A stretch of 64,000 nucleotides of DNA from Flectonema sp. DT1601 (taxonomy: Eukaryota), in NCBI GenBank assembly GCA_964019425.1, contig OZ025798.1:1302001-1366000 (forward strand). The letters run 5' to 3'. The position numbers were made by a program, and so were the translations under genes. Positions 1 through 12,896 of the stretch are shown here, piece after piece. Within the stretch, counting starts at the first letter, position 1. Each line of letters starts with the position of its first letter. The notes beneath the pieces were generated by a model. That model was not told the DNA's origin. It ran no database searches and saw only the letters and a list, made by a program, of their open reading frames with translations.

Positions 1-3000
1 ATGGAACCACAAACAGGTTTAATTATTGAAGAGTTGGGTTTCGATCAGCAAGCAGCCCAACAACCTGTTCTGCAGGAGTTTCACAATTCGGATGAAGCAC
101 TTCCTTATCAAAGACCTCAAACACCACCAGCAGCACAAGTTTCTGAGTGGGCAATCAACAGCATTCCTCCTCCAGCTTCCCCGTCTGACGAGGGCTCTCC
201 GATGTTGACAAACGTTAGCCTCCAGCCGTGGGGTGGCCCGCATGCGGTACCGCAGCCGAATTCCAACAAACAGTCGCTTCGAAATTATCCAAAAGATCTT
301 TCACCTGAACTGGAGAAGCTCCAGGCGGCCCTCAACTTAGAGCGCTCAGAACGTATCAATGCCGTTGACTCACTTCAAAATCAAATAAATAATTCGATGG
401 CCAGCAGTCGAGTTGGAAATAATCTCGAGAATCAGATGATGCAAAGTACTATTTCACAATTAATAGCTGGACAGGAATCCATGAATTCAAAGTTTAAGCA
501 ACTTGATGACAGATACCGAGAACTTGACAGTAAATATCAACAAGAGAAAGAAGAAGTTAAAGAGCTGAAGGAACGACAACAAACCATGTCGAAGAGTCCA
601 ACTCGAGGTGGGGCCTGTCTTGAGATCTCAAATGATGATTGGCTGAACTATCAAGATCAGTTAACTCTTTTACAGGTTTGTTTTCAATAATAATTAAATA
701 AAAGTTTAATTTATTGAAGTTGTTTTCAAAGAGATCCGATCTAACAAACAAACAAACAAACAGGTCCAGTTGAAGGACGTGCAGAGTTCCCTTCCATCTC
801 ACAGTAGTTCGAGACATGCGGAGGTTTGTTGTTATCTTTTTATTTAATTACTTCACAGTGAGGTCAATAATATCAGTGAGAAGGTGAGAAGGTATAATAA
901 TGGCATACTAGAATACTAGAATACTAATACCGACTAGTACCGGGTATTATTTATAAATTAACAACCACAAACAGGTACCTCCGAAAGGAATTTCAACACC
1001 AAAAGCAAAGGCTGCCCCATCAGCTGCCACCCTCCAACTGGAACGTCAGCTACAAGAACAGAAGGCAACCGTCGAGAGGCTGTCGAATGATCTAATGTCC
1101 CTCCAGCAACAGTTTGTTATTTCTTCACAACCACATCAAATGCTTCGATTTGATGGAGTGCCGACCCCATCTGTTGATGATGTTCGTACACTACGTCAAC
1201 GAGTTGAGAGAATGGAGTCCGTCGATGATGCCGCAGAAAGATCTCACATCGGAGCGAAGATCGATCATTTGCAAAGTGTTGTCGACAAACTTGTCAATTC
1301 GAACTCTCGTTCTACTGACGGAGATATTCGAAAACTTTATAATGATATGATGCTAGACGATATCGATGCACAACTACAGGGAAGAATTCCTTCCCAGAGT
1401 GGTGACCTGAAGGGAGGAGTCTTCACTCCTCAATTTGGAGCTCCTGTTTACTTACCTGCTGGACTTAAAAACTCAATTCAAAGTTTAGTTGGTGGAATGA
1501 TAAGCCCCGTCAAGGAACAAATTGAGAGATGGGCATCGGGACAGATCGGAACTCAAAGAGAGCAGCTGTCGGCGTTAAACGCGGCAACTGCTGAACAACT
1601 TTTAGGAGTTCAGTCAAAGATTAGACAAATTGAACTATCGCAGGACCAATTCCACAGAGAAAGAAGTATACGACCTGCTGGGGAGGGTGAAAACAATGCG
1701 ATGGTTGATGCGCACTCTCGTGAACTCTCTACTAACTCAGCAGCGATAAGCGGACTTGAGAAAAGCATTCAACTCATCCAAACTACTCTCAGTTCGTACT
1801 CTAACAGACTTCAAGGACTTGAGCAGGGAGTTGACGGAAATGTGACAGACTTGCAGGCGAATGCCAGCGACTTGAGAGAGCGTTTGGATACGGCAGTTCA
1901 GCGTATTAATCAAACAGCATTAGATTTAGATCAGAAAGTTATGAAAGAACTGACTGACGCTCTTGCACGTGTGACTGTTGCTGATCAAAGAATTAATCAT
2001 TTAGACTCCAGACTTAGTGAAGATGGTGACAGAATGCATCGACTTGAAGATCGCATCGACTTGTCGACACGACAACTTCAAGAAAGGATTGATGACCAGG
2101 GGCAGAAGTTATTTGATACAGATAGAAAGCTCACAACATCTTTAGATGACAAGGTCGCTATAATGAGACAGATTGCTGAGGTTGCTGAAAAAGAGTTTGA
2201 ATTTGTCTTTTTTTATCCTTCTCTCGTATTGTTAAAATACTTTTTATTAAAAAGAATCTAAAACAGAACACTCGAACTTGAAAGGAAATGGCACGAGTCT
2301 GAAGGACAGCTGAAATCTCAACTACGAGCAGCTCTTCAACAACACATCGAAGGTTTAGAAGAAGTCTTACACAGCATGAAAGTTGATATAAAGAACTGCG
2401 ACGACAGAACTGTTGTAATGGAAACCATCGTTGGTGAATGTAAGGTGGCGAGTAGCTTAATTGATCAAAAGAATCAAATTATAGAACAGACTGTTGTATG
2501 TATTCATTTCGTATTGGAGAAGTTTTATAAAAAAAACTTCAACAACTTTTATAAAACAGGAGGCTCTCAGAAGTGGATTCGAAACATATGTCCACGATGG
2601 TACCGTTCACATTATGCAAGCTCAGAATGAAAAGATGGAAGAGTTGAGATTGAAGCTGGCTCAAGAGTTAGGTATGTTATCAAACTTTATAAATCATATT
2701 AGTGAAGGGTCCCTTCATCACTTTAATTATAATATTTGTGTAAAGTATTTACTGTCTTACTAATGTTAAAGGAAATATCGGTGTGAAAGTTTCTAGTTAA
2801 AGCTAACCGGCAGCTGGGGAGAATTATCTCCGACTTGGTTGTGAAATAATAACAAAAAACAGATGCCTTTGACAGCCAAGTGAAGAACTTAGAAGCAGAC
2901 AGGAAATTTACTGACGAGCAACTTGCTAATGCTCTGGAGAAAATTCAAATTGGACTCGCCAATCAGCCGAGCAACGACCGTGTTGACAGAGCTCTTGCGG

Positions 3001-4008
3001 TACTTGATGAGCAGAAGATAAGACCGGCGATGGAAGCTGCTTCCAGAAGTTACGAACTTGGACACGAAGTATGTTTTGTTGTTTTCGATATTTACAACAG
3101 CAGTCTCGTTCTTGAGATTACAAATTCCAATATAAAAACAACAGTTGCAGAATGTCGTAAGTCGATTAGATCAATTATCTGATGTTGTTCGAGACGGTAA
3201 TCGCGATTCGAAAGCTCAATCTGAGGTATGTTACACTACTTTATAGAAACCTAGAAGAGTACTCAACGTTGACGACAACAACAACAACACCACCAACAGG
3301 AGCAATCCCAACGAGCTGTTGAGATCCGAATGCTGAAGGATCAAATTGGTATTCTCAGAGAACAAATGCAACACCCTCAAGGAGGTGCTGTTGATTCAGG
3401 TCTTGAAAACCGAATGCGTGAAGTAGAGCGAAGAACTGAAGACCTCTCGAGAGCTACGGAAACCTTCTTCGATTCACACGACAGGATGAGAGAATTGAAA
3501 GATCAGTTTGAATTATTAAAACTTCAAGTACAGAACTTAGGAAGTGGAGGAGCGAAGGGTGAGCCAGCTGGTCTTTCAAGTGCAGACGCTATGAAGATTG
3601 ATGAACTACTTGCAGATATTCATGATAGAATGGGTCAGAATGAAAATATTTGTGAAGGTCTGAAGGGTGAGTGCGCCAGTCTGAGAACTAAAATCTCTCT
3701 GATGGGTTCTGAAGAATCTGGAGGTGATATTATGACAAATGATCTGAAGGCGCTCAAGAAAACTCTCAACGAAGTGAGAAAGGATCTCGGAGACCTGAAG
3801 GGATGGAAGAATGGAAAGGAAGGGAAGGACTTCGTTCAAATACAAACCAACTCTGCAGAGATCTCTCGTCTCAACAAGGAGTATGTTATTATTGTTAATG
3901 TTTTAAATTATTATTCGTAGTCGATACGAAAACAAAAACCAAACATCAAACAGCCTGGCAGATCTCAGCAACTCTTTCGATAACTTCAAAGCCGGTGTTG
4001 AAGACTAA
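1..4008 (+). CDS. Large coiled-coil protein of unknown function, 9 exons (1-675, 764-823, 975-2194, 2267-2495, 2560-2671, 2863-3068, 3145-3225, 3300-3880, 3954-4008), ~1072 aa
   Basis: Eight GTWTG...AACAG introns join the ORF-track fragments into one open frame of 3219 nt ending TAA at 4006-4008. Pro/Ser-rich N-terminus, then heptad-rich Q/E/L/K sequence. The ATG is at base 1, so an upstream extension cannot be excluded. Confidence 0.85.
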
Positions 4009-4724
4009 GAGCTGGTTGGCTTTAACTTTGCGATTATTCCTGGAAGTGTTTCACTTGTTTTTCTAATCATTTTATTTTATTCATATTATTGATTGTTATC
4101 TCTTTTAATTGTAACACAGTTTGTTGTATTAAGTGCCAAATCGTTTTTTGAAAAAAAAAAAAGAAAGAAATTGTGACAACATGTCGTGTCGTCACATAGT
4201 TTGTAATTATGGGTGTGAAGTTGTTTTCTTTTTTAGTAAAGTTGTACTAGTGAGCCGTCGATTTGCTTTTATTGAAAAGTTTGTTGTGAATAGAATTATC
4301 GTAGACTACGTTTAGACAGCCTTATCTTATTGCGAGTTACTGTTTCCCTGTTAACAAAAAAAGGCAAACAAGACGAACGAAAACTCTCGTGTCTAGTTCC
4401 GGACGTGTACTCCCGACTTCCATTTCTCTTCTCCATTTCTGTTAGTTGGCATTGCGTTGTATTTTCCCCCAACCGCAATTCGCAAAGACACCAAAATGAA
4501 GTGTTTCTGTGCAATGCTTTTCAAAACAATATTTTTGTCGTAGATTCCTAGACCAATCGGATGACTGCTGAAGTCCTACTTTCGATCAGCTTACTTTTTG
4601 AACAGGTTTTGATTTCAAATTCGAATCTCATTCGACCTGCTGTGCGAGTTCTTGAGATCACTCTTCGGATTTGTAAAAGCTTTTTGTCCCTCCTTCAGGA
4701 AAATTTCGAATAAGCATATAAAAA

Positions 4725-5429
4725 ATGTCAAAATTAGAAATCGGCTACTGGTCAATTAGAGGACTGTGTGCTCCTCTTCGTATGATGTGTTCCTTCAAAG
4801 GAGTTGAGCACGAGGACAAACAGTATGAGAAGACTCTACACGAAGATGGATCGACTACAGGAGACGAGTGGTTTAATGTAAGAAAGCCTGAACTCCTCAA
4901 GAAGAACCCGATGGTGAACCTTCCATACGTCGCTGACGGTGACTTCGTTGTCACGCAGTCAAACGCCTGCCTGTTGTACCTCGGCAGGAAGTTCGATTTG
5001 AACGGCAGCACCGAATTAGAAATTCAGCGCAACGACCAAGTGATGTGCGAGGCATTCGATCTTCGTAACTTAACTGTCAGAGCCTGCTACCCAAGTGACA
5101 TCAACACTGCTGCTGAATTCCCATCAACGATGAAGCGCCACTGGGGGATGGCAACCAACAGTTTGAATAAGTTGGAGAGTTGGTTGGCTACGACTGACAC
5201 AAAGTTCGCAAGTGCTGACAGACCGTTGAGTGGTGACTTCGCTTTGTGGGAGATGTTAGATCAGCACACGAAGATGAAGAACGTGAACGACGAGGAATGT
5301 CTTCTTAAGAGCCGCCCTCACGTCAAGAAGTACTACGAAGCGTTCAGGGAGCTTCCGGAACTGAAGAGTTACTTCGCGAGCCCAGCCTACGCACTTCCAA
5401 TGAACAACTGCCACGCTCACTTCAAATAA
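4725..5429 (+). CDS. Glutathione S-transferase, mu-class-like
   Basis: N-terminal GYWSIRGL, NLPY, TQSNACL..LGRK and C-terminal GDFALWEMLDQH are cytosolic GST motifs. A pyrimidine tract with AG at 4698 precedes the ATG. Confidence 0.92.
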   Translation: MSKLEIGYWSIRGLCAPLRMMCSFKGVEHEDKQYEKTLHEDGSTTGDEWFNVRKPELLKKNPMVNLPYVADGDFVVTQSNACLLYLGRKFDLNGSTELEIQRNDQVMCEAFDLRNLTVRACYPSDINTAAEFPSTMKRHWGMATNSLNKLESWLATTDTKFASADRPLSGDFALWEMLDQHTKMKNVNDEECLLKSRPHVKKYYEAFRELPELKSYFASPAYALPMNNCHAHFK

Positions 5430-5862
5430 ATGAGAAAATAAAATTAAAATTCTCTTTTGTCACAAACCCTTCATATCTCGAGATGTCAACGTTTATTAGC
5501 TAACCAATAACATAACATATGTGTGCCTGGAAATTTGATTTTTTATTTTGACGTAAAAAGAACGTTCCACCGCTAGGACGAAAAGTATTTATTTTTGTGA
5601 TGAACACATTGCTAACGTCACTATTTTTGAGGCGTCTGAAGGCATACTCAAGTTATTTGTTGGAGCCACACTCTCGAACGTACTAGCAAACTTCCGCAAC
5701 AAGTTTTCCAATTTAATTGACAACCAATTTGTTAAACAGGTTCAGGCGATGAATGTATTTTGGGCAATTAATTTCCTCCAAGGAGGTGTTTTGATTCTGA
5801 TAACTGTCTCTGAAGTCAACACGAACATTATTTCTACTTTCTTAAAAACAGGTTGGTAGCTA

Positions 5863-7277
5863 ATGTGTAGTGAGGAAATGATTTCATCTCTTCTCGAAGA
5901 GTTAAGTGAAATCGAATTACAAGATGTCATAAAGTCCTGTAAGAAGAGAATCGAAATGAAAAGAACGGAGAATGAGAAAACGAATTTGACGCAGCGGCAA
6001 ACATCTTTCCGTCAGAAGATTTGGAAAGTTGTAATCACAGGCGGACCTTGTGGAGGGAAGTCAACTGGGATGGTCTCAATAAGAGAAGCGTTAATGAAAA
6101 AAGGTTTTCGAGTGTTAGTTGTTCCAGAAGCAGCAACACTCCTACTTGAAGGAGGAGGGAACGCTGCTTTAGAGAACGCTGACTACGAATCGATAATTAG
6201 TTTTCAAATTGATTTGTTGTATTTGCAGCTCTCGTTGGAAGATCGAATGATTTCAATTGCCCGCAGCAGTGGTTGTAAAACTGTAATCTTATGTGACAGA
6301 GGTACCATGGATGGTAAAGCTTTCTGTAGTGAAGAGATGTGGTTGGAAGTAATGGGTCGAACTGGTTATGACTCCGCCAGACTAAGAGACACTCGTTACG
6401 ATATGGTCCTCCATCTGGTGACAGCTGCTGAAGGAGCAGGTGATTACTACACCACAGTTAATAATAAAGTTCGAACTGAGACTCCTGAACAGGCAATCGA
6501 ACAAGACAACAAATTAAAAAATGCCTACGTGGGTCATCCTCACATTTCGGTCATCGACAACGAAACGAGTTTTGTAGTTAAAATGAACCGCTGCATTGAA
6601 ATTATATTTCGACTTGTCGGTCTGGAGGGTTCTCCCGGAGTTTATTTAAAATACAGGTTTGTGTTCGTATTAAACTATTTATAATTATATTATCCTTTAG
6701 CAATACCGTCGCGTTACTAACTAACAAAACAAACAACAGACTGAATGGAATACCGACTGACGAAGATATCCCAGTCCCCTGTACAAAGAATACTGTAATG
6801 ATTAACATTCTACGAGGATCAACTAGGAAGGTAGTCCTTCGACTCTACAAGAGATTTAATGAAAGTTCTGAAATTTGGATTTATCAGCAAATCATTCGCG
6901 AGAATGGAATTCTAATTTCGAGAGTTGAAGAGAGACTAACACACGCAGCCTATCTGATGCTGTTGGAACAAGCTGAACCTCAACACAGTCAGTTAGTGAA
7001 GAAGAATGTTTCTTTTATTTATGAAAATCAGTACTTTGAAATTGGATCTCCTGCAGGTGGTAACGGAGAATCATTTTTATACGTCGAGCAGGAGAACACT
7101 GACTTCATAAAGAAAGGAGTTCGAATCCCTCCATTTCTCGATGCATTCAAACCAGAACCTGTTACTGACAACCCGGACTACAGTAGCTTCTCTCTTTCAT
7201 TAGTACCGACTGGAACTCCAATCAGCTTCCCGTTAGATGCTCGTTGTATTGCTCATTGCAATCCAGTAGTGTTGTGA
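5863..7277 (+). CDS. NadR/Ttd14-like (AAA_28) P-loop NTPase with possible CYTH-like C-terminal domain; 2 exons (5863-6656, 6740-7277), ~443 aa
   Basis: VVITGGPCGGKST Walker A, VPEAAT, ILCDRGTMD, RYDMVLHLVTAAEGA, RTET and GHP motifs as in Ttd14-like proteins. The GTTTGT...AACAG intron at 6657-6739 restores the frame. Confidence 0.82.
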
Positions 7278-7847
7278 GATGTGATATAATTATTTTGTCG
7301 AAATCTGTGGTTCATTTTGTTTCTTAATTTTCTTTTCTTTCTTTTGATTAAAATTTAATAAAAGAAGTAATTACAACACAAGAGCTGCTAAGAGTTTCGT
7401 TGAATGCTCAGAGAGAACGAAAACTTGTTTGGTCTTTTTGTTTTAAAAGTTCAGTTCCGTAACAAAAGACTTCATATTTAACACCGCATTGAAGTGTAGG
7501 AACTAATCGTTCCTTTCAGTGACGACCGTAAAATAAGTCCACCCAACTCAATTAGTTGATAAATTAATGTAAATATTATTATAGCCATTGCAGTCAACGG
7601 ACTCGTAACTCGTATCTTACATATCGAAGTTACTACTCTCCTCTGAAAGATTACTTTGGAAGTTGTTGTAGTTGGGATCCGCTCAACAGCATTCATATTG
7701 ACGTCTGACTGCTGATTCTTTCTTATTGTCTTTCTCGCCCTTCAGGTGTACAATTCTAAACTTTTGGTATTGCGTGTTGTTTACGAAAGGAATAATCTTT
7801 ATATTACCCTAACAGCCTACACTACTACACAACAAGAGGAAATAATA

Positions 7848-8694
7848 ATGTCATCTGGTCCATTGTGTCAAGGTAATGGTCATGGATGCATCAGATCAAA
7901 TGTTTTGGTAGTTTCAGGTTTGTTAAAAAATTTCTTCGTACTTATCTTCTGATTGCAATAAACTAACTTCGCTAACTAACTAAACGAAACAACAAACAGG
8001 AAATGTCGGAAGTGGGTTCCCAAGTCCTGACAAGTCATCAACTAACGCTCAGGGATTTCCAAAAGGATCTGCTGGTTCAATGCACGGACCTATGCCAGGA
8101 GCAGGAGGTGGTAACGGAGGAAAGAGTCGCTTTTCAGAGTACGGTTTTTCCGGAGTCCATGACAAGTTTGCTGCGTATGTCTTTACCGCATGTCTTTACC
8201 GCATGTCTTTACCGCATGTCTTTACCGCATGTCTTTACCGCATGTCTTTACCGCATGTCTTTACCGCATGTCTTTACCGCATGTCTTTACCGCATGTCTT
8301 TACCGCATGTCTTTACCGCATGTCTTTACCACATGTCTTTACCACATGTCTTTACCGCATGTCTTTACCGCATGTCTTTACCGCATGTCTTTACCGCATG
8401 TCTTTACCGCATGTCTTTACCGCATGTCTTTACCGCATGTCTTTACCGCATGTCTTTACCGCATGTCTTTACCACATGTCTTTACCGCATGTCTTTACCG
8501 CATGTCTTTACCGCATGTCTTTACCGCATGTCTTTACCGCATGTCTTTACCGCATGTCTTTACCGCATGTCTCACCATAATATCAACGTGGGTCTGGTCT
8601 CAGTTCATTCAACAAATAAATATTATTATTTTATTTCTCATTCTTAATTAACAACAACAGGTACACAGGTGTTTACGACCCAGGTAACTGGTAA
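7848..8694 (+). CDS. Small Gly/Ser-rich hypothetical protein, 3 exons (7848-7917, 8000-8174, 8661-8694), 92 aa
   Basis: Introns 7918-7999 (GTTTGT..CTAAC..AACAG) and 8175-8660 (GTATGT..AACAG) give a continuous frame MSSGPLCQG...DKFAAYTGVYDPGNW*. Possible 5'UTR intron at 7767-7815 and pyrimidine-tract AG at 7745. Confidence 0.7.
8177..8576. repeat. Intronic minisatellite, 13-bp unit ATGTCTTTACCGC, 30 copies plus a partial
   Basis: Directly visible; a few units carry ACCAC instead of ACCGC. Confidence 0.98.
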
Positions 8695-8935
8695 AGTCAG
8701 ACGACATTTCTAATAATTTTACAATTGTTTCCTCCACTACACTACAAAGTTATTCTGAATCTGAAAGAATAATTTAAGAAAAAAAAAAAAAAAGAAAAGA
8801 TAAAAATAAAAAAGGGAAGTAATAAACTGCTCACACAGGTTACGTCTGCAGGTAATCCAAAACCGGATTAGCTAAACCTGAGTGTGTTTTAGTCAGGTCT
8901 GGTGTTTAATTTAATTTATAGATATTAATTAAAAG

Positions 8936-10736
8936 ATGTCGTTGAGAGGATTACTAATCCAATCACTTGCTGTATTGTGTGCAGCAAACCAGCCAACAGA
9001 AATCATAACAGTCCCTGGAGTAGGAAGTGCTCAAGGTTATATTGGAAAAGCATTGGGTAATAAGGAAGTAGAACACTTCTTAGGTCTGAAGTATGGAACA
9101 GCACAGCGTTGGAGGTCACCAGAACCCGTCACTTGGGGACCAACAACACTCAACGCAACAGAATATGGAAACACTTGTTACGGAAGTGCTGACTCAGTGA
9201 AAGGCAACTATTCGATGTGCTACAGAGGAGCACACGATAGTGAAGATTGTTTGTTTTTAAATATATTCCGCCCAGTTGGAACTACTGCAGAGAGCAAGCT
9301 TCCGGTCATGCTCTATATTTATGGAGGTTCTTATAATGAAGGATGCTCTGATATTTATTCAGGTATGTTGTTGTTGTTGTAGTTCCTCGCGGGTTGTTTT
9401 ATTCACGTGCCACTAAACAAAATACTTCTTCTCTATTTCTTCCCCCAGTCGACTCACTATCGACCTCCTTGTAGATTTCTTCCATTCTACGATTCTAATC
9501 TTAACTTAGAAATCTAATTATTTATTACCAACAGGAGCCTCTCTTCCACTGGTAGGCGACGTGGTTTCAGTAACGATAAATTATCGCCTGAATGTTTTCG
9601 GATTCTTGGGATCGAAGGAACTGCAGGCCAGCAATCCGGATGGCACGACAGGAAACTTTGGAATTGAAGATCAGCGACTGGCAATGGATTGGGTGAATAA
9701 GAATATCGCTGCTTTTGGAGGAGATGGTTCTCAGCTGACAATCTTCGGGCAATCAGCTGGTGCAGGTAGCGTCGCAGTACATCTGACGAGTCAGAAGTCT
9801 TGGCCGTTATTTGTTAAAGCGATTGGTGAATCTGGTGTTGGGGATTACTTTGATGCGTTACCACTGAGCATCGTAGAGCAAACTTATAACAACATCAAAC
9901 GGAGATCTGCCTGCAACAGCCTAGAGTGTCTTCAACAACTGTCAGCAGCAGAATTGTACTCACACACTAATGGAACAGTGTGGGCTCCTGTTATTGATAA
10001 TGTTACTATTTCATCTGAACCATGGAAAGCTTTTCGTGATGGGAAGTACCATCGAGTTCCTATAATGTTGGGATCAAACAGAGACGAGTTTTCTTTTTGG
10101 GCTGCAGATCCGGTTTGGAACGCCACTGCTGCTGCGCCAATTAACAGAAATGCTTCAAAAGAAGACTTCGAGAGTGGTCTTCAGCAGATGTTTACAGACA
10201 AGGGAATTGTACCCACAGTTGATGACTTCCAACAGCTTATTGATATTTATAGCAACAGATCTGAGTACCCTGCAAACCTCGGCAACTGGAGTATGTGGTG
10301 GTGGGCAGAAATGCGAGCTGTCACTGACCAGTTCTTCGTTTGTCCAATTCTTGTGAGCTCGTACTGGATTACTGAGGTACCTGTCTATTCCTATATGTTT
10401 ATGCATCCGATTGAACAAAAAAGTATTTATTTACCACTCTCTGGACCTCAAAACCCATTTGCGTTCCATCAAGTGGAGCTTCCTTTTGTATTAGCTTGCG
10501 CTAATGAAGATGGTTCTAATTGTGATTGGACTTTTGAGAAGGAACAGGAAATCTCAACCAGAGTTTCCAGTTATTGGGTTCAGTTCGCAATCAACGGGAA
10601 CCCTTCGCAAAGCGGTTCCTGGCCACTTTATCATCAGAGCAACACGACACTTCTTATCGATGTCGCTGATTCGAGTATTCGAAACTTACGCAAGCCGCAG
10701 TGCGATATCTTTAATAAATATTTTATGGGTGTCTGA
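8936..10736 (+). CDS. Secreted type-B carboxylesterase/cholinesterase-family hydrolase; 2 exons (8936-9362, 9535-10736), ~542 aa
   Basis: Signal-peptide-like N-terminus, SEDCLFLNI, YGGSY oxyanion loop, NYRLNVFGF, nucleophile GQSAG, acid residue in GSNRDE, His in AFHQVE. The intron at 9363-9534 restores the frame. Confidence 0.93.
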
Positions 10737-10991
10737 GACTACTCAATGGTCGAGCTTGTTGCTTCCCATCGATATTGAATTATAAAAATCTAATTTTAGT
10801 TACAATCACATTTGGTTTGCCGAAAAGGAACCGAACGTTTTCCCTTCTCCACGGTGTGATACCACACAGTAGGTGTGCTGATCATTATGTAGCGTGACGC
10901 ACAACAGACTGGTGTGACGTATCTTTGATGAATATTTGATGTCACTAATTAACTTTAAAACTTTTCTTGAGCAGGTTGACAATTCTCTCAA

Positions 10992-11696
10992 ATGGGAAAC
11001 ATGTTTTCCAAGAACGCGAAAGACAAGAAGAAAAAAAGCGTCACTCGTGACGACTCGATGTCACCTCGGAGGGCACGACAGGAAGAGCAGTCAAATCTAA
11101 TTATGAAATTAATATTTGAAGGACTTTATGATTATTATTCTAACGCTGATGGACTCTGGACATACGATCAAGTACGAACTTACTACAAGGAAATTGAAAA
11201 CAAAGATTACGAATGGGAGGCTTTCGTTAACGTGAGAAAGAAGCTTCCCCAGAGGACTGATCAGCCGTTCACTGGAATGGATAAAGAAGTTCTGCGGAAG
11301 TTTTTTGAGATGTCGAAGTTGAATTTCTCAAAGTTTATGCAAGAGAAGCAGCCGGTCAGAAAACTAAAAGAAAGTCGCAGCATAGCTGAGAAGAACACGA
11401 TACTCACAAAGCAGGTTTCTAATCTGACCGCACAGAATGTCGCACTGAAGGACAGGTGCTCAGGTATGAACAGAAGGATGAAATCTGGTAACGACGTTCG
11501 CGAGAAAGTAAAAGCAGCTGCGAATGAACTTTCGGTTACCAGAAGGAACCTGAATACGAGTTTGTACACTGCGAGTCAAAGTGATATTTCTTCTTTAGAT
11601 GGCAGGTCAGATCTCGACGCTTCTTTAAATACAATCGACAGCGGCGTCCTCGATGATCGTCTTGCAGCTGTTGAGGAAGTCCTTCGAAGGATATGA
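10992..11696 (+). CDS. Hypothetical protein with C-terminal coiled coil; putative N-myristoylation
   Basis: 234-aa ORF on the gene strand; starts MGNMFS followed by a polybasic KDKKKK stretch; AG acceptor just upstream. Confidence 0.7.
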   Translation: MGNMFSKNAKDKKKKSVTRDDSMSPRRARQEEQSNLIMKLIFEGLYDYYSNADGLWTYDQVRTYYKEIENKDYEWEAFVNVRKKLPQRTDQPFTGMDKEVLRKFFEMSKLNFSKFMQEKQPVRKLKESRSIAEKNTILTKQVSNLTAQNVALKDRCSGMNRRMKSGNDVREKVKAAANELSVTRRNLNTSLYTASQSDISSLDGRSDLDASLNTIDSGVLDDRLAAVEEVLRRI

Positions 11697-12062
11697 ACGT
11701 AATCTGTGTTCTCAATACCATTCGGTCAGCTGTCTTGTTTTATTTAATTCTTCAAAATACATAAGTCTTGAGGGAGCCGATCTTAATATTGCTAATAATT
11801 AATTATTTTGTTTATTTTATTTCCTCCCCTTTTTTGTATTCATCTGCCCCAGCCTGCCTGGTGTTCTTTTAGATTATAGAAATTTATAATTGTTGCTGTT
11901 TTGTGTTCTCGATTTATTATTTTTGTTTTCTGCTTTGGAATAGCTGCAGTGAAGAACATGCTACTTACCATTTGAACGATCTGTTTGTGCGGAGGTGTTG
12001 TTCTCATTTGTATAGTTCAGAATTGTAATTACATTACATTCCAGTGGTTGATTAATATAAAG

Positions 12063-12896
12063 ATGTCGGAAGTCTCACCAATAGATATTGACGCAGCAAC
12101 TCCAATTATTGACGGATGGTGTACAGTAGCAGCTGATTGTCTGACGGGAGTGACAAGTGTGCCATCAGATATAACTTGTGTGAGTAATTCTTGTGTTTGT
12201 ACTAATTCATATTCACTATTTGAGGGAACTGTTTGCAGGCTCAACGGAGACACTGCCACACCAGTCACGACTATCTACGTTGAACTTACTTGGGATTCAT
12301 TGAGATGTGCTGAACTACCTCCTGATTACGAAACGCAATTTAAAATTGTTCTGTCGAGTATTTATAACGTCCCTCAGACTGATATTGAGATAATCTTAAA
12401 GTGCGGCTCAGTTGTGATATCATCTTCGATTAAAAACGTGGCTGTAACAACAGCGAAGAATACAAACATTGAGACTGCTTTTGCAGCAGCACAAGCGAAC
12501 AACGAAGTATTAAACACTTTGGGAGTACCAAATACTGTCGATACTTTTACTGGAACAGGAATGTGTTCTGTGGTTTATCCAGTATCTGTTGCACAATCAA
12601 TTGGAGGAGTCTGCCAACCAGTTGAGTGTGTTTCCGGGTTCATTGCAATTAGAACTTCCTCAATCAACGATATCGATAGCTGCGCTCCAATTCTTGTCAC
12701 GTCGTCGTCTACTAGTTCTGACGACTCTATTTCCGGAGCAGCTATCGCTGGGATTGTTTTCGCGACTTTCTTCGTTGTTGTCTTAGTTGGTTTTGTTATT
12801 TATTGCTGCTGTTTCAAGAAGAAATCGATAGCAGAAGAAGACCAGCGCAGTCAGTACCAAGAGGAGGACTCAGCTTTTACGGATATCGTTGTTTGA
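12063..12896 (+). CDS. Single-pass membrane protein with Cys-rich/EGF-like segments and a SEA-like region
   Basis: Start placed at ATG 12063 (the track uses TTG 11985). Two Cys clusters flank a region with CGSVVI, followed by a Ser/Thr linker, a TM helix (AAIAGIVFATFFVVVLVGFVIY) and CCCFKKK. Confidence 0.75.
   Translation: MSEVSPIDIDAATPIIDGWCTVAADCLTGVTSVPSDITCVSNSCVCTNSYSLFEGTVCRLNGDTATPVTTIYVELTWDSLRCAELPPDYETQFKIVLSSIYNVPQTDIEIILKCGSVVISSSIKNVAVTTAKNTNIETAFAAAQANNEVLNTLGVPNTVDTFTGTGMCSVVYPVSVAQSIGGVCQPVECVSGFIAIRTSSINDIDSCAPILVTSSSTSSDDSISGAAIAGIVFATFFVVVLVGFVIYCCCFKKKSIAEEDQRSQYQEEDSAFTDIVV

Noticed and set aside
8177..8576. CRISPR-like appearance of the short repeats (also the 23-mers)
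   Set aside because: Contiguous repeats with no unique spacers, no cas genes, eukaryotic context.
8003..8651. Three overlapping ORFs encoding (MSLPHVFTACLYR)n
   Set aside because: Read-through of a stop-free 13-bp minisatellite lying inside a GT-AG intron.
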